Shown here: in pieces, positions 62,256 to 64,000 of the stretch
Layout: every line of letters starts with the position of its first letter
Position numbering within the stretch: the stretch's first letter is position 1
Assembly: GCA_014905635.1 (NCBI GenBank)
Contig: JABVCE010000007.1
Location: 1 to 64,000 of the forward strand
Source: Scenedesmus sp. PABB004
Lineage: Eukaryota
Length of the DNA stretch: 64,000 nucleotides
Reading direction: 5' to 3'
Position numbers and translations under genes: made by a program
Notes under the pieces: model-generated
Told to the model about the DNA's origin: nothing
What the model saw: only the letters and a program-made list of their open reading frames with translations
Database searches by the model: none

Positions 62256-62883
62256 GCGCGCCCGCAGGCGCCTGGAGGCACTGCCGTCGGGCCTGGGGCG
62301 GCTTGGCAGCCTCAAGAGCCTCTCCATCAGCGACTGCGGCCTGCGGGCGCTGCCGGACAGCCTCGGGTGCGTGCGCGCCCGCCGCGGGCGGCGCGCGGGC
62401 GCCGCGCCGGCCGCGCCGGCGCGCCGCCGCCGACGCCCGCGGCCGCGCCGCAGGTCGCTGCCCGCGCTGCGCGAGCTGACCATCACCAACTGCCGCATGC
62501 TCACGAGCCTGCCCGCCTCCCTGGGCGGTCTGGTCGCGCTCGAGTCGCTCAGCCTGTGCCTGTGCCTCGCGCTGGAGGCCCTGCCGCGCAGCATCGGGTG
62601 CGCGCCAGAGGGCCGCGCCGCCCGAGTCGCCTGCCGCGCCGGCGGCCTGCCGCGCGCGCGCGCGCTCACGCGCCCGCGCCGCCCGCCGCGCGGCGCGGCC
62701 AGGCGGCTGTCACGGCTGCGCGTGCTGGTGCTGCACTACCTCTGCCGCCTGACCGCGCTCCCGGACGAGCTCGGCGCGCTGCGCGGCCTCGTCTCGCTCA
62801 GCGTGCTGGGCTGCCCCGACGTCTTCGCGCTGCCCCGCATGGACACGCCCCTGCTCAAGGAGCGCACCGTGCAGCTCCGCTGA
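61671..62883 (+). CDS. F-box plus leucine-rich repeat protein, 4 exons
   Basis: LELLPPDVVLELLQCLPTRDVLSTCMASR (F-box-like), then about 6 LRRs of the LxxLPxSxGxLxxLxxLxLxxC type. Confidence 0.82.
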
Positions 62884-63954
62884 CGCAGCGCGCGCGCGCC
62901 CCGGCGCAGCCGCCGGGGGCACGGCGCAGCCTTCCGGGCGCCGCCCTCTGTACTGTACACTAGCACTGCTGCTTGGCTTGAGGAGCAAGCCGGCGCCCGC
63001 CGGCGCCCGCCCGTCGCAGAAGGCGCGGGGGCCGGAATGAAGCTCGCGCGCGCCGCGCGCGCGCGTCAGTGACCCTCCCCCTGCTGGGCGGCGAGCGCAG
63101 GTGTGCGTGCCGCGGCGCGCAGCAAGGGGGTGCCCCGTCTGGGCAGTGCTCTGCCGCGCTCCCTCTTTGAAATGGGTGTGCGGCGCTGCCTATGTGTGTC
63201 GTCACGTTTCACCAAGTTTGTCTGTCTGTCTGTCTGTCTGTCGCGCAGCGGCGGCGCGCGCACCGGGCTGGGGGCCCACAGGCCCCTGCCTCTGCGCCCG
63301 CGCGCCGCCGCCGCTGTCGCCGCCGCTGGCGCCCGCTGCAACTGTGGGCGCCGCACGTTCTGGGGGCCTGTGTCAACCCAGTTTTGCTGCTGTTGCGTTG
63401 GAGGCCGGTGTTTGCCGCTGCCCGCTGCGGGCGTGGGTGTGTTGTGGTGGTCGGTGGTTGCCGCGTGTACGATGATGCCCCGTCGTGTTGTGCGTCGCTG
63501 TCGTCGAACGCCCGCCCGCCTGCCGCGGCCAGCCGCCAACGCGCGGCGGCGCGCGCGGGGGGCGCCTGCCCTGACTCGTATGACTGTGCCGGCTGCGCGC
63601 ATCCGAGTGCCCGCGCCTGGCGGGCTGCTGCTCGCGCTACCTGTAATTTGTTGTCGCCGATTACCCGCCGCCAACTGACGGATCGCCACGCCGACCGACC
63701 GACCCAGGCCCAACCACACTCTCGCGCCCGCAACACGCTCTGCCACCCTAGTTATTCCTCGCTCACGCGCCGCTCAAGGCCGATCGGCCGCCGCCGCCGC
63801 GGCTTCTTGAGGCCAGGCGCGCGCGCCCGGCTGGTTCGCAAGCCGGGCGCTGGCGCGTGACCGCAACTGCACAGCTGCACAACAACTCCATCCTGCCCGC
63901 CCTGTACACGGCCGCGCGACCACAAAACCTGGCGCCCCGCTGCTCCCGCTCCCT

Positions 63955-64000
63955 CACTTGACTCCCTCGAGCTCGTCGTCCATCTCGCCGTACAGCCGGC
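63955..64000 (-). CDS. Possible exon fragment of a gene entering from beyond the window
   Basis: Coding-like RLYGEMDDELEGSQ followed by a possible GTGAG donor; too short to identify. Confidence 0.3.

Noticed and set aside
61671..62883. NLR-type immune receptor
   Set aside because: The LRRs resemble plant R-protein LRRs, but there is no NB-ARC/TIR domain and the N-terminus is F-box-like
63000..63950. Possible gene or ncRNA in the less GC-rich terminal region
   Set aside because: No convincing coding motif, splice pattern or RNA structure; probably UTR or intergenic sequence with short (TGTC)n repeats

Overview
Left end of a chromosome from a very GC-rich, intron-rich green alga (chlorophyte; Sphaeropleales-like by gene content and intron style, species not determinable from sequence alone). 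The supplied six-frame ORF track is mostly GC-driven noise, so gene models were rebuilt by hand from splice sites and protein motifs. The window opens with a heterogeneous telomere (C2-3TA3-5). A near-identical 2.15 kb tandem duplication follows, with a 40 bp internal telomere tract between the copies. Each copy starts with a telomere-capped, 5'-truncated, LINE-like ORF end and carries an SR-like RRM gene. About 18 further compact genes follow, many in head-to-head pairs: ARM-repeat protein, a selenoprotein (in-frame UGA in a UxxC motif plus a clear SECIS), UFD1, a secreted CotH-like kinase, a plastid membrane protein, MAP65, a divergent pair of half-size ABCA transporters, acyl-CoA thioesterase, GRWD1/RRB1, a small secreted Cys-rich peptide, TMEM230, a secreted Sushi-like protein, SRP14, WDR90/POC16, a PHD/PZP protein, OST48 and an F-box/LRR protein. 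The most notable observations are possible retroelement-plus-telomerase healing of the chromosome end, the Sec-recoded AAED1/SelU-like gene, at least 17 GC-AG introns, a candidate bicistronic GRWD1-thioesterase unit, and a promoter duplication next to a telomere-like seed.
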